Assembly (NCBI RefSeq): GCF_009914755.1
Contig: NC_060934.1
Length of the DNA: 64,000 nucleotides
Strand: one strand, 5' to 3'
Origin: the human T2T-CHM13v2.0 reference genome, Homo sapiens
The position numbers and the translations under genes were made by a program. Numbering within the stretch: the first letter of the stretch is position 1; each line of letters begins with the position of its first letter. Shown piece by piece: positions 30,101 through 46,864 of this stretch. The notes beneath the pieces are model-generated. The model did not search any database and was not told where the DNA came from. It saw nothing but the letters and a program-made list of their open reading frames with translations.

Positions 30101-31280
30101 ACTTAGTACTATGAGAATCTTAGGGGTGGTGAGAAGGTTCTATACAGCAACTTGAATGCTATGACTCTGTAGAAACCTCACTGATACCAGTATAATGAAA
30201 GTCATGTCAAATAAATTTTCTTGAAAGAAAAGAGGTAGCCAGTAAAGAAATAAAGGACAAGAAATTTTGAGTTGACCTACTGAATTTGGAAGTAATCATC
30301 ACAAATCCCATTGAAAGTTGGAGTGAATGAGGCAGGGGGTTGATTTACGGTAGATTTATGCTATGACGAGCTGAGTGACAAGTTCAGAATGACAAGCTGA
30401 AATGTCTCAGAATCATTTCATATTAGATGGGAAGAAAAGGTCACACCAGTTTGAGTAAGTGATAACTGAAGCCTGAAATAAAGCTTTGGTTAAAGGAATG
30501 ATGCAAGAGAAGGTTGATGATTAAATGTTGTGGGAAGAAACACATGAATTTTGCTAGACATGTGACTGGGGATAATAATAAGCTGAAAGTTACTTTGGGG
30601 ACTTTCACTAGGAGGGGAGGTTATGTATTGGTGGTTCCAAAAGTAGCTTATTAATTAGAAGTATTTACTTTTTACTTGTAGATTTACTCCTCATTATGTT
30701 TTCAAAAGAATGTAAGGTATCTAAGAAGGTCATTTTTAGTGGTTAAAATTGTCTATGAACATAAGGAATAAATAATAAACATGAGGATAACTGAGTCAAA
30801 AGTGAAATGAGGTAGTCATTTTATTAACTATAAACAGGAGCTTTGCTTTACTGGTATTTAGAATTTCAAAACACTGTATTCAGCACAGAAACCTTAATGA
30901 TCCTCATGGTGCAGTCATTCTTCTGAATGGTGTCATTTATAATGCAATTCTAAACTTAGGAAATAAATGGAGGGGAGGGTAATGAGGCTTATATGATGCC
31001 AAATGAGTCAACATATGATTAATATTGAGTCTCTTTCACGTTCACTATTGCCTGCCTTTCTGCAAAGTGGTTTTTTGTCTGCACTAACTTGGTATGAGAA
31101 TCAAATCTATTCAATAAATTTCTTGCATGGATTATCCTGTTAGGTTGCTAACAAGTATATTTCCTCAATATTAGTGAATTCTTCTTACTACAAATATGGC
31201 AGTCTAATTTTGATTTAGTTCAGGTTGATTGCTATTTTGCTTTGATAAATGAGGAGGAATCCAGTCTTTTTGGACATTGA

Positions 31281-31593
<313 letters not shown>

Positions 31594-31999
31594 ACATTTT
31601 TTGAACAGGTGATGAGACCTACTCTCCGTGTAAACTTACCACAGTAAGCGTTGTAGACTTTAGTATTTATCTACTTAGTGTGGTATGTGTGTGTTTGTGT
31701 ATAGTTTTTTAAATGAAGAGCATAGCAGTAAGTCTTTCTAGCTTTCTTTCTGGGTAAGTCTGCTTTCTAGCAAGTTTCAGTTGCTGTGATACCCTTATGC
31801 TTAAAGTAATCTGAGAAATAAGACCATGATAAACGCATTTTTAAATGATTTTTAAAAACTAGCACAGTGGAGAGCAGTGTTTATTATTGCTAGACTGAAG
31901 CACAATATTCATTTCTAACAAATCATTGGATGACCTCACAGATAGAATAGCCAATGATTTAAAAGTAATCATAGTAGAAAATATGGTTCTGGCAGGAAT

Positions 32000-33025
32000 C
32001 CAAAGGATGAGCCATTCCTTCTCCTTGAAATGCTTCCCTCTCACCACCACCCTGATGTCCACTGCCCTGGTTGTCTTTTTGTGTCTCTGCTATTTCTCAG
32101 TCTCCTTTGTGGGACCTCTCTCTTGACCCCACCTCTAGGTTTATTTGGTCTTTAAGAACCAGTTACTTGTCTAAGTCTAAACAACCAATGTCTATTCAGT
32201 TGCTCAAGCTGGAAACCTGGGGTTGTTTCCTTTTCCCCATCCTTACATTCATTCTACCAGTAAGTCCTATAGCGCCCACTTGCAAAATATACTTTCAAGT
32301 TAGTCTCACTTCTATTCCTCTCTGCTGTCACCATCCTAATCTAGGCCATCCTTATGTTTTACTTGAAAATAGTGCAATAGCATCCTTTCTGAGTTTTCCT
32401 TCTCCTCTCCTTCCACCTGGAATTGCTCCAGTTTATTCACTGAAATTCTAGAGATGTTTTTTACAATATAGATTATACCATGTCACTCATTATCTTTGCT
32501 TTACCCCTTTAACAGCTTTTCATTTCACTAAGAATTCAATTCTTTCTCACCATCTGCAAGACCATGTCTAAAACAGACTCTGCTTATGTCTCGAAATTGA
32601 CCTGTAGCTATTCTTTCTCTTGATCTAAAGGATCTGGCTCACCAGCTTCCTTCTCCAAACTAGAGCCAGAAAATATTCTGTTCCTTCTGCTTTGAGCACC
32701 TTTCCTTTAGATTTCCTATGGGGTGGCTCACTGATCCTTGAGTCTCAGCCTAAATGCTGCATTGTCAAACAGGTCTTCATTTTACATGCTAAGTAGATCT
32801 TCCCCTTTATTCTGTATTCAGCACCCTTTCTGTGACCTTTAAAACACTTTCTCTGTCTTAACGATATATTTGTTTGTTTACCTCTGTATTAACAAGAGGT
32901 ACTACTAAAATTTTAGCTGAGAACACAGATACTGTTTATTTCACTTACCCCCTTACCCCTAATCCCTAGCACAATGTCATATATGAGGTACTCAAAAAAT
33001 GCTTGTTGAATGAATAAATGAATCA
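32000..33025 (+). mobile_element. L2
   Basis: Pyrimidine-rich body ending in the L2 tail gtactcaaaaaatgcttgttgaatgaataaatgaat. Confidence 0.75.
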
Positions 33026-35059
33026 ACAGTGTAAGGATCAGGCTGAGCAGACTACTGTGTAAAGGCAAACTGACACACCTGGACCAGCGTGGTTGTTAAG
33101 AGGGGGTCTGGGGTGGAAGTTAAATGTTGCATAACCATTATTTTAACTAACATGACTGATTTGTTTCTAAGTTTCCATTGGGAGGATTAGGTGAGATAAC
33201 ATGTGCAAAAATGCCTAAAATGAAAATATCGTATACTCAAAAGGCTGTCTTCTGTGTAGCTCTCCTCCTTGTACTAGACTGTGTGGCCAAGAAAAGTGAG
33301 TGTCCTCATAGACTACCTCCCCTTTTCATATCCCTCTCTCCATTCTCTTTGTTTATTCTGGGAAATGACCAAGAACCCTAGAGACTGTGGCAGGGCTGTG
33401 TGCAGAGTGTGTGTCCAGCAATTCTTGCACCTCTAATAGCATATTCCTACCTGTGGGTAGGTCATAACCCAACCACTGCATGAAAGAGTCCCCTGAAGTC
33501 CTGAGAACTGCTGCGCCAGAAACATTCTGGAATTGCTGCCTTCTGTCTGCCCTCTGAATTCTTTTGTTCCATCCAGCTGCCTCAGGTTGAAGAGCCTATA
33601 TCTTGGGCTTAGTTTTCATTTGTATGCTTGAACTCCCTTTGGATTAATTCTTTAAACTGTTTCTCTCTAGACCACAGTTTTGCTCAGTGTCCCACAACCT
33701 CGGGGACCAACACTCATCCCTCTATACCCTGTCCCTGATTTCTGGAATCTCAGCCTGAAAAAGACCTCAGCATCCACCTTTAACTAGCTGGAGGCCTTCA
33801 CACAGAGTTACATCATGTGCCTGCCTAGTTAACTGCAGTTCAAGCATACACTGTGCTCTGAATCCCATGTCTTTTGCATTTACTTTTTGTACTCAACCTC
33901 CTTGGCTTCACGGCCTGCCTAAACTTCTTTATTGCTTCTCTGTTTCTTTTTGTCCTCCTGTCAGTGATTGTTGTGACCTTATTTTCACAAAGGATACATT
34001 TTTAGGGGTGTTTTTCCAGATTGTGGATAACACTTACTTCCATAAATACTATACTTATGTCAGTAGCAACTCTAGGTCACTCTTTAAATCACTTTGTGGA
34101 TAATTATAGTTGTGTTTTAAAACCGTCAATCACTATTGCCTGCATTTACCTGCAGTGGCTGATTTTGAAGCTAGAATTGTTGTGTTGGAAATATAATAAA
34201 TATTAACTATTTACTACTGAAAGGGACAAAGTTTTAAAGGACATATGGTACATGATAAATAGTGGATTCAAGTTATAAAATCACATTGATTTATCTTCTT
34301 TTTTCTCAACCTTCCTTTCTTCCTACCCCCTCTGTCTCATGCCGTGAAAATCTTAAGGTAGCTAACTCAGATTATAGTGTATGAACCCTTATACTAACAT
34401 GCTTTAAGGTTACAAATTGTACATATTACATTTCTACTGTAAAGTACTTATATGGAAAGCATTAATGTTTGGTATCTTATATTCAGACTTCTCTGAAATA
34501 TTATAATTTCTCTGAAATATTATAGGTCATTAGTTACATTAATTACGAAATCTGCCATTTTGCAGTTTTTTGGAATTTTATATTTTATCTTTTAATGGGA
34601 GCTTCCTTTTTATTTGAAATTCAAATACAGATCTCCATCCAAATTGATAACAAATTTTGTGTACTTCATTTCTCCTCCATATGTACATATTGAAGTCATC
34701 TGAGGCAAGGTATGTAGGAATAAAAGGAGAGAAAAGGAGAAAGAAAGATGTGTGCTCAAGTCAGATAAGAGAAAACAAATGTGAACATGCTGGAATCAAA
34801 ATAAGTTGAATCCATTGCTGAATTCAAGACGTGTTTCTGTATTGAGATTATCCTTCTGTAAAACCCATAAAGCATGCTCAAACTTCTGTAATGTAGAGAA
34901 TGAACTAGATCAGAAAGGGGATCTATGAATGAACTATGACAGAATTTTGAACTATAGAATTATTGTGAAATGGCCACAATTCCCTGCTGATAACTATTGC
35001 AGTGGATTTGTTGACTCTTTATTCAGGTGAGTTTAAACGTTAAAATGGCCAAAGATATG

Positions 35060-35160
35060 AGAAAGAGACAGAAAAAGAGAGAAGAAACAGTGAGAAAAAG
35101 AGAGATAGGAAGATCCAGACAGAGAGAGACACAGACATAGAGAGAGAGAGAGAGACAGAG
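35060..35160. repeat. GA-rich simple repeat
   Basis: Imperfect (GA)n/(GACA)n. Confidence 0.8.
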
Positions 35161-35459
35161 ATTATGAATGAATGAATATGAATGTGTTTCAAATAAAAGA
35201 AGGTTTAAAAAGTGTTTTATTGCAGGCTGATAGTCAGTGGACCTGAGTCCTACTTTAATCTCTCATATGAACTTGGCAGGCATCTAACCTCTTTATACTT
35301 TTGTTTCCTTACCTGTCAAATAAGGACAAATAAGGTTCTACCTACTGCATAGGTCTGTGGCAATAATACAATGAAACGTTAGATATGGAAATGTTTTGAA
35401 AACATGAAATGCTCTATGTAGATAAAAGTCATATTATCCAAGCATAACATTCTTCTAAA

Positions 35460-36795
35460 ATTTTTTAATTGACAGATAACATCATATGCTTTTATCATGT
35501 ACAATATGATGTTTTGAAATATATATGCATTTACAATGGTTAAATCTACCTAATTAACAAGTGCATTACTTTACATAGTTATCATTTTTATGGTGAGAAT
35601 ACAACATCCATTGTCCTTACATGTTTCAAGAATACAATATGACATTAACTACAGTTGCCTTGCTGTACAGTAGGTCTCTTGAAATTTATTCTCCCTATTA
35701 AACTGTAATTATGTAAACTGTGACCAACATCTCCTAACACCTTTTCCCCCCTAACTATCCCAGCCTTTGGTAACAACCCTCCTCCTCCCTAGTTCTATGA
35801 GATCAACTTTTTAAGATTCCACATATGAGTGAGATCGTGTGGTATTCATCTTTTTGTGCTTGGCTTGTTTCACTTAATATAATATCCTCTAGGTTCAACC
35901 ATGTTGTTGTAAATGGCAGAAATTAATTATTTTTTATGGTTGAGTAATATTCCATTGTGTCTGTATAACACATTTTCTTTATTCATTCATGCATTGATGG
36001 ACACTTAGGTTGATTCCATAGCTTGGCTATTGCAAATAGTGCTGCAATAAACATGAGGTGCAGATATGTTTTCAAAATACTAATTTAGTTTACTTTGGGT
36101 ATATACCCAGTAGTGGGATAACATGGTAGTTCTATTTTTAATTTTTTGAGGAATCTTCATACTATTTTCCGTAATGGCTATAGTAATTTATATTCTCACC
36201 AACAGTGTGTAAGGATTCCCTTTTCTCCATACCATGTCAACACTTGTTATCTTTTGTCTTTTTGATAATAGCCATTCTAACAGGTGTAAGGTTAGATCTC
36301 ATGGTTTTGATTTGCATTTTCCTGAAGATGCGTGACACTGAGCATTTTTTATGTACTCATTGGCCATGTTTATTTTATTTTGTTGAGAAGTGTTTATTAA
36401 ATTCTTTTGCCCATTTCTAAATTGGGTTATTTGGGTTTTTTTTGCTACTGAGTTATTTGAGTTTCTTATTTATTTTGGGTATTAAACCCTGGTCATGTGT
36501 ATAGGAGGCAAATATTTCTTCCATTCTATAGGTTGTGTCTTCATTCTTTTGATTGTTTCCTTAGCTGTAAAGAGGCTTTTTTTGATGTAATCATATTTGT
36601 CTATTTTTGTTTTTGCTGCCTGCGATTTTGAGGTTTTATCCAAAAAATCCTTGCCTGGATCAGTGTCATGAAATATTTCCCCTATGTTTTCCTCTAGTAG
36701 CTTCATAGTTTTTGGTCTTGCATTTAAGTCTTTAATCCATTTTGAGTTGATTTTTGTTTATGATGAGAGATAAGGGTCTAATTTCATTCTTCTGC
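35460..36795 (-). mobile_element. 5'-truncated L1MA
   Basis: Reverse ORF2 fragment [24 protein letters not shown]; L1MA 3' UTR; degenerate TSD aagcataacattct / aagtgtaacattcc. Confidence 0.9.
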
Positions 36796-36904
36796 AAAAG
36801 TGTAACATTCCTACCTTTGAAAAATTAGAGATAAATGAGTGGAACATTTGCTTTTGGATTTTTATAAGTGGAATAATTTATTCAAATTGTCAGTGAAATT
36901 AAAT

Positions 36905-37090
36905 ATTGTGGGCTTAGAAGTCAAACAGATTTATCTTTAAATCCTGACTCTACCTGTCACTTACTATTGTGCAACATTGGACAATTTATGTAATTCTCTG
37001 AGTTCTACTATGGCAAACTTAGAGAGTCAAAAATGAATCTTAAATGAGGGAAGGCTCTTTGTACATTGTGGAACACAGAATAACTACTTA
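36905..37090 (+). mobile_element. MIR
   Basis: ttagaagtcaaacagatt...aatcctgactctacc...acttactattgtg. Confidence 0.65.
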
Positions 37091-38455
37091 ATAATTATGA
37101 ATAGTGGTAATAATAAATATTAATAGTAGTAATACTACTACTATAATAATGACTAATGTTATTGTCAGTATTGGGTTAATTTTTCACTTTGGTTAAGAAG
37201 CTTGGTAACCACAGAGCTTTTATGACTAGGAGCATGATTGTTTGTTTTAAACTTTTAGTTATTTTCAAAATTAATATAAACACCATCTCACTTAAGGCAG
37301 ACTGTAAATGTCTAATGTATTAAAGCCTTACGCAAAACAATGGTTGGAGGTAAAACTGAACTGAGTATGTCAGAGTAGAAAATCTGCCTTGTGAGACATG
37401 TAGGACATTGTAATGAAGCGAAATTTGGCTCCAATTTTCTGGAATTAAGTGAATTGAGTAAAGTAGCCAAGTCACCATTATCAGTCAAGAGAAAGTGTAC
37501 ACTTTGGGATAAGGGGGTGATAGAGAATCATGCTGTATTTCTGCCATTGAATACAAACTGTATTTTTACTAGCTGTATTTTTAGTTTAAAATTTAAAATA
37601 TAAGGTAATCTGTCTCAGAGATTAAGTCAACAAGCATCTTAACAACAGAATTATTCTAAAATGATTTCTTTAATGATCAATTTGAAAATCAAGTCATTGC
37701 AGTAATTGAAATTACAACATGTAACACATAGTGGTGGTGTGAGTTGCTGGGTTTCAAAGGACTAACAGTAACATCATGGCACTCAATGTATGCCCTGATG
37801 ATAGGGTTGCCCAGGGTGGTGAGGAACTTGTTTATAGTGTATTCATGCTGACCTTGTTGGAAACAAATGAGTTCTGAGAAATTTCAATTATTTAGTGCCT
37901 TGAAAGGTAAGAAAAAAATACTTTAAAACATTGAATTGCAATTAGACATATAAATATCTGACATTTTTTTTCTCAGTTATTACCCTGTTTTGCTGTTTGG
38001 GCATCTAAACTTCAGAAATAGAGTTAGTTCTTAATAGATCAGGCCACATAGTTCTTAAATTATGTAATGAAATGCGTACGGTCTTATTTATTCTCAGGCA
38101 AGGCACTTTACGTTAGTTCTGTGAAACTTCACGGTTTTAATTCCATGATATGAGAGAGGAAGCTTATAGGAGAAGAGCTTGATCTGGATTCTTTTGGAAA
38201 CTGCTCTATTTTTAGTTAGGCTCACGCGTAAAATGCATCTCTAGAGAGCTGAATGACTTGAATAGTTGAATGGGAGACTTTTAATATTGACGTTTTGGAA
38301 GTGGATGAACACCTAAAAGAACAACAATTTTCTTTTTCCTCAATTAATGTAAGCCTGCCCCATCTGTTAACATCTAACTAGTGATTTCAAGAGCTACTTA
38401 GCATTGCTCCTAGTCAATGACAATGAGGTGAGAGTATTAGTTAAAATGGAGAATA

Positions 38456-40066
<1,611 letters not shown>

Positions 40067-41559
40067 GAAGGAAAATTAAGTTACCATCTGAATGACATTT
40101 GGGCAAATAAATATTTTATGGGCTATCTTCCCTTTCCACATCATTGTTTTTAGACTATTAATATTTCCTCATGATTTCATGATTTAATTCAAAGGAACTA
40201 AATAATCTATTTTAGAACTGCAGGAAAAAAGTTAGAAGGCAATTGACAATTGGTAAATATTACAATGTATGTAATAAAAGATAAATATTATTGTTCACCA
40301 AATAACTATGTCGCTAACATTAATTTTGGCCAGTGATTCCTTTGTTTTGTATCAAATGCTAATTATAGGTCTGAATTCGGCAAACAGTTTTAATTTCCTC
40401 ATGACTATTTTTGTCATAAGATTGGGATAGCTATAGCAGAGTTGGTTGATGTGAAAATACAGTGTGAACCTTGTTGAAAACTGGTTTGTGGTTTTGAGGG
40501 AATATCTAAATTGGCCAATAACTTTGCAGGATTAAATTTTATCTTTATGTGGGCTGGTTGGTAGTTCTTAGCTCTTAGCCAGCTTATATCTGTGGAGTTC
40601 ATTCAGAAAAGTTGTTAGGCAAGAAATAGGATCCATGGTTTGGGCAGAATCTTAACAATTGTGGCAGCAACAGGACTACCAATTTTCTTTCTTATAGGTA
40701 TTAATCAAATATTTCACAATAGATGGATGGAGTTGTCCTTTGAAAATAACTCGGAATTAGAAACTTTTAAGAGGCTCTGCAAGGAGTATGTCTGTGTGAA
40801 AGAGCTGTGGACTGTCATGTCCTCAATGAAGACTTGGATGTCTGAGTTCCCAAATGGATAGACAATACTGTAGGCCAAGGTGACTGTGAAAATCATTTAT
40901 TGCTTCCCCTGACATTTGATCCCAAAGTTGACCATTCAGTGCAAAAGAAAATTAGTGAGTGATGTTTTTGGTTAAAAATTTTTATTATAGAAGATTTGTG
41001 CTACATTTTCAGATTGCTTTCGCTGATTTCCATTCTTAGCAATAACTTAATAGCTTTGACTATGTCTTTTAAAGTGCCTGGAAGTCTTTTTTAATCAAAG
41101 AGATCAGATGTTAATGCTCACATTTCTGGGCAAGGCTGTTCTTGGCATGTTTACTATTGCCTGTGACCTGACTGAGGGCGAAACTGATCTAAAACATGAG
41201 TGAAAGTAGAGAGTGGGCACACTTCAGGCCTCTGGAGATAGTTCTTGAAATTGAGATGAGACCTAATTCTCTCCTAATATGTAAGAGTTGCCTGAGAGTA
41301 AGTGATTTAAATTCCAAATAAATGTAAGCTTTATGAGACAGTGGTTCCCAAGAGTTTCAATTATAAAACTCCCTTATTAACATGATAATCAATTTTGCTT
41401 TCAGTATTCATTAATTGATGAAATCCACAACAGAAAACCTCCACAAATTTAGTAACATTTTAAAGTAAATTTATATCATTTATTCTTTATGTCTGTTATA
41501 TTGTCTATAAATCATACCCCTTTTTATAGTCCTTCACTGGTGTTTGGAATAAAACTCTT

Positions 41560-41860
41560 TATTGTAGTCTTCAAGGTCCTATGAAACCCATCCCCTGCCT
41601 ACCTCAGTGATCTTATTCTCCCATCCCATTCCTTCTTTCTCACTGTATGCTTCAACCATACAGGTCTCCTTTCTGATCCTTGAATATATCAAGGTCATTC
41701 CAAACTCTACACCTTTGTCCTTGTTTTTACTTCTACTTAGAATGCTTTTCCTCGTCATCACTGCAATAGAGAAGACAATGGTTGGATCTCATTGTCATAT
41801 AATCTTTATTTCAGAGAGGCCTTCCTGACCACTTAATCTGAACTAGCCTTCCCTACACCT
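41560..41860 (+). mobile_element. L2 fragment
   Basis: tatgcttcaaccatacaggtctcctttctg...tcagagaggccttcctgaccac. Confidence 0.65.
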
Positions 41861-42319
41861 TGAAATAACCCTACTGTTATTTACATATTGCTAGCCTACT
41901 GTATGGTAACCATAATGTAGAATATCCTTTTATTAGCTTAAGAAAAACTAATGGGGGCCTATTTATTAACAGTGAATAGTGCTGGCTCCCTTATTTGAGA
42001 AGTAGGTATATGTTTTCCTATACTCTAAAATTGCCCATTTTTACCTAAGATTGTGTAGAAAGATAATTTCTGTCAAGTATTTTTTCTTTATATTCAGAAA
42101 TTTTCTCTGTAATAAGTAAATGGGGAAATGGATTTTCCAATTTATTTTTCTAAAATTGAACATTTGAAAGAACTATTGCTAATCCTGGCATTAAATTATC
42201 TGGGGATATTATACCACCTCATGAAATTTTTAAGGAAAGAAAGGATTATCATGTTGGTTTCAGAATTTATAAATTAAGTTACACTAAATTCTTAGGGTGT
42301 TAGAAAAATACTCTATATC

Positions 42320-42530
42320 CAGTATTGTGCTGGAGCCAACTTGCACTGGCTCATGTAAGATCTGCTTGTTAATTTCCAGGAACTTTGCAAACAGGTTGAT
42401 TTTGCATGAAAGCTTGAAATTGGCCATGGTGGGAGTATTTACACCATGGAAATTGGCAAACGCTACACACCATGGCTTCCTCCGCTTTTCTCCACCCAAG
42501 CCAGACAGCCAGAATACCAGCATATCATTA
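42320..42530. mobile_element. MER63A-like hAT-Blackjack MITE
   Basis: Termini cagtattgtgctggagcc...ccagcatatcatt; core gcttgaaattggccatggtgggagtatttacacca. Confidence 0.8.
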
Positions 42531-43949
42531 TATATAGCTAATATTTCAGAGGCTGACAATTCAATTATGACAAAGGAATAGGGATAGCTCAAATGAGTCA
42601 AGTTGCTTTTATGGGTGTTTAGATTTAAAAAGCCACACATTTTGGGCATGAAAGAAAAAGATTTTTAAAAATAAATAATTTGTACACAAAGGCAGATAGT
42701 AAAGATTAAAAAAAATCATGATCTTTGTGGTTGCTTCTTATACCTCCCAAGTCAGGCTGCTGAATTATTTCAAAATATTGTTAAAATATATACTCTGGGT
42801 TGAGCAGATGGCTACCTTCTGGTACTTGTGATATCGGCTTTCCCCAACTCCCATACTAATAACACAACTCAACTCACTGATTTTATATGCATTATATCTT
42901 AGTTACAGTGAGTGTCTTAGACCATTTCTTTGGGGAAAGAAAGGGATTCAAAGAAGAATTAGATGGAGGCCCTGATTAATTATAGTCTGTAATGTTGGAG
43001 AAAGTAAAGACTAATGAGAGTTGACCTAAGGTTTTCAGTCCTCAATAGGAAAGGACTTAAAGGAAAATTACATGAAAAGGCAGGGCTTTGAGTATTATTC
43101 TCTGACAAGACCATCTTTGGGGTTGTACTACACAGAGGCACAAGGTATCTATCTTGCTGCGAGAGCAGAGACAAATTGTGACAATTCAGAAATAATGCTA
43201 TTTGGCAATATCTGTATGAAGGTATAAATAGTAAGATGTGGTCCTATATTGATTAGTTTCTTTTGAAGTGACACAACAGCCTATATGGAAGCCTCCAGTT
43301 TGTTTCTTCAGAGACCTGAAATTAAATGTCCTCCATCCAAAATAAAATTTGAGAAACAAAAACATCCTGAAATCCCGTCCTTCCCATCCCACACTCTACA
43401 TTCAGTGATAAACAGTTGGAAAGTTTGGATAATTCCAAGGAATTGTGTTAGGGCTCATTGTTTAATCTTTTGCAATATCTTCATCAAACAGATTAATAAT
43501 CTTATTTATGAGAGGGGAGAAAGCGACTTCAATCATGTTTGGATGGCGCTAATTATAATTATGTTCTTGGAAGAGGGCTTCATTTTTAATCTTGCTGAAT
43601 TTCTAGGACTTAAATCTTTATAGGGTACTATTAATACTTCCTAAAGGATAATGTGTCATCTGTATGTAGCTGAACAAGTTGTGGTTCTTGATTAGTTTTT
43701 ATTGTACAAGAAACTATGAACCCATCAAATGGCCTCACTCTCTGACAAAAAAAAAAAAAAAGAAAAGAAATTTTTAGGAAAGAGAAAACGTAATGCAATT
43801 TGACCAAGATTAATTTTCTGAATGCCAAATAAGCCTAGATTCTTGGAAAATTAATCCCAGAATAGTAGATCTCAGGAGTCAATATGAAGGTGCCACTGCT
43901 ATTCTTGAGACCAGGAGTGGTGAAGGTAATTATAAGGAGGGGTGAAGAT

Positions 43950-44165
43950 AATACTGCAATTAATACTGCTACAACCTTTATCCCCTACCATTTACTGAAA
44001 GTAACATTTTATTCCTCGGTCTTCACATATAAACCTATTCAGCTGATATTTTTAAAATATCATTTTGTAGATGATAACATGGAAATTCAGAAAAGTAAGA
44101 CAACCCACTCAAAATTTTTGAGGTGTCAGGGCTAGGATTGAAACCCAAATATATGTCTCTTCAAA
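43950..44165 (-). mobile_element. MIR
   Basis: cattttgtagatgataacatggaaattcagaaaagtaag...ggattgaaacccaaat. Confidence 0.65.
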
Positions 44166-45715
44166 ACCTATGTTTTTGTTTTTGTTTTTTTTTTTAACAT
44201 TTTAGTAGGCACATACATTCTTACTCTAAAATCAATTTTGTATCCTGCATTTTCACTTAAAAATAATAGAAGAATTTCCTCCATGCCATTAACACTCCTC
44301 ATAAACAAAATTTTAATGGCAGCATAATGTTCCACTCTAGGATTATTCTTCATAGTAATGAAATTTCAATTGTTTTTATTTTTATGTGTATCTTTGCACT
44401 ACTTAAAACTGAATTATTACAAAACATAATGGTGAAGGCTAGGCTGGTTAGACTGAGGTCTGGATGAAAAGCCTCCCAGAAATGGGGAGGGAAGACTAAC
44501 GCTTTAGTCAGTGTTCACTACCGCAGGTCACTCCCCTGGAAGCCACTTGCTAAGGAAATGAGGACTAAGGTCAGCTTGTATTTAATTTTTTTAAAATTAA
44601 GACTTTTAATATGACATTCCAAATGTGCTGCCTCCTCTCTGGATTGCTAAGTTCTTTGCTTTCATCTTATGTGGCTTCTGACTTCTCTGATAGTGCTCTG
44701 ATTGTCCTCCTCCTGATAAAATATTTCTTAATATTTCTTCCACTTTGATTTTGCATTCTTAGAAAGTCATTTGGAACTTCTTATCCCAGCAAATAAATAT
44801 CCCAATGTTTTAAGTTCTGCTAAAACTTTCTCGTTAACCACTGAATTCCAATTACAAAATTTATGAATATGTTTCCTACTGACTACCTGTATTGAATCCC
44901 ATACCTAAAACATGTTGCACTTCAAACATCTTGTTCAATAGAGTTGTATCTGCCTGGTTACCTCAGTCTAAGCTGCTTGAAGAAAGAAATATTCTCTAAA
45001 AAGCATGGGACATGTGTAAAGAACTGTTGCATTTCTACCAGTTGTTTCAAATAGCTAAGTAGGAATCCAATTCTTTTTTAATCCAAAATATTACTTGAGC
45101 AGTATTATCTCCCACCATTTACTGAAGGTAACATTATATTCACCAGTCTTCACACATAAAGCTGTTAGGTTGGTATTTTTTTAAATACTATTTATAGATG
45201 ACTGGCATCTTAGTAGACACTGGGCATAAAATAAAGAACAAATTTAAAATGATCCCTGCTTATGTGGAGCATTAAGTCTAGCAGAAGAGGCACATAAAAA
45301 ATAAGTAAACATTTTTTTCTATAATTGTGTATAGTACAATACATCCCTGATATTCTTTTATAAATATAAACAGTAGTAATAGTATTTGTTCTGGAATGTT
45401 GAAATTTTATTCATGTTTATTCTTAAACTAAATTACAAACTTTAAAGTATGTATCCATTGGTTTTCTAGCAATCTTTGTGATTAAGAAAAAGTCTAAAGC
45501 AAAATGGACTTGTATGATTTTGTTGGTTGGTTGGTTGGTAGGTCACTTATTCATTAAATGATAGAATACTTAAAAAAAATTCTTAGTGCCTTTTTTTTTT
45601 TTTTTTTTTTTTGCTGCCATGGACATACTTTGTTCTCCAGTCTTCCAGAAAATTATTGGATTCCTAACAAGAAAATACATTTGTGGTGTGCCAGAGCACT
45701 CTATGGCGCTGCTAA

Positions 45716-46063
<348 letters not shown>

Positions 46064-46864
46064 TAGTTTGAGAAGAGTTGAAACACTACTTAGATAAAGT
46101 GGTTAACTAATTATGGGAAGTGTTTGTATTTAGAGTATTAATATGAGAATCCAGTATTTTTTCAGACATGGAAAAGTTAAAAATGTGAAAAAAGAAATAT
46201 AGTTTATTACACTGAATATTCTTCATGCAGTCAGGTCACTGAGCAAACATACAAAGCTTCAGCAGAAGCTCAAGATCACTGGAAGTATTTTTGGCCGATA
46301 ATTTAAGCATCTTCAACTCTCCCCTTAACTTTTAATATGTGACTAGTTTTCCTGCTATGAAGCTTCTGTAAAAAGAAAATGTTTTTCATGTGTATGACAG
46401 AGGCAGACAATAAAGGTTGAATGGAATATTACCTGCCTAATTAATAGGAATGATAGCTTGTTTCATACATCCTGTAAAGACTAATATAGAAAGTGTTTTG
46501 AAAAAAACTGAGGCACGCACTGTGTAATATGTTTTATGCCTAGCTAATTTTTCATAATACTTCTTTCTGACCTGAAATCTATACTGACATGCTTTTCTTT
46601 TGTGGGAAGAAAGTAGCTTGAGATAATGACTGAATCAGCTTGGAAGAAAGTGAGTGCAGAAATACCTATAATGTAAGATGGTGACACATGAAAACCAGTT
46701 TCTTAGGTGGTGATTAATGTTTTATCCAAAACATTTGTGTGATAGTGTCCTATAATTATCAAACTTACAGGTCATTCAGAGAAGTGGTGTATTTGGGCAA
46801 GTCACTTAATTTCTCTGTTTCACCTAACCAATTTGTAAAAAAAGAAGATATTCTTTCTTTCTGC

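Noticed and set aside
34489-34524. Short direct repeats (19-mer here; also ~4553-4574, ~17270-17298, ~27008-27030)
   Set aside because: Ordinary slippage duplications; no spacer-repeat array, so not CRISPR-like or a designed pattern.
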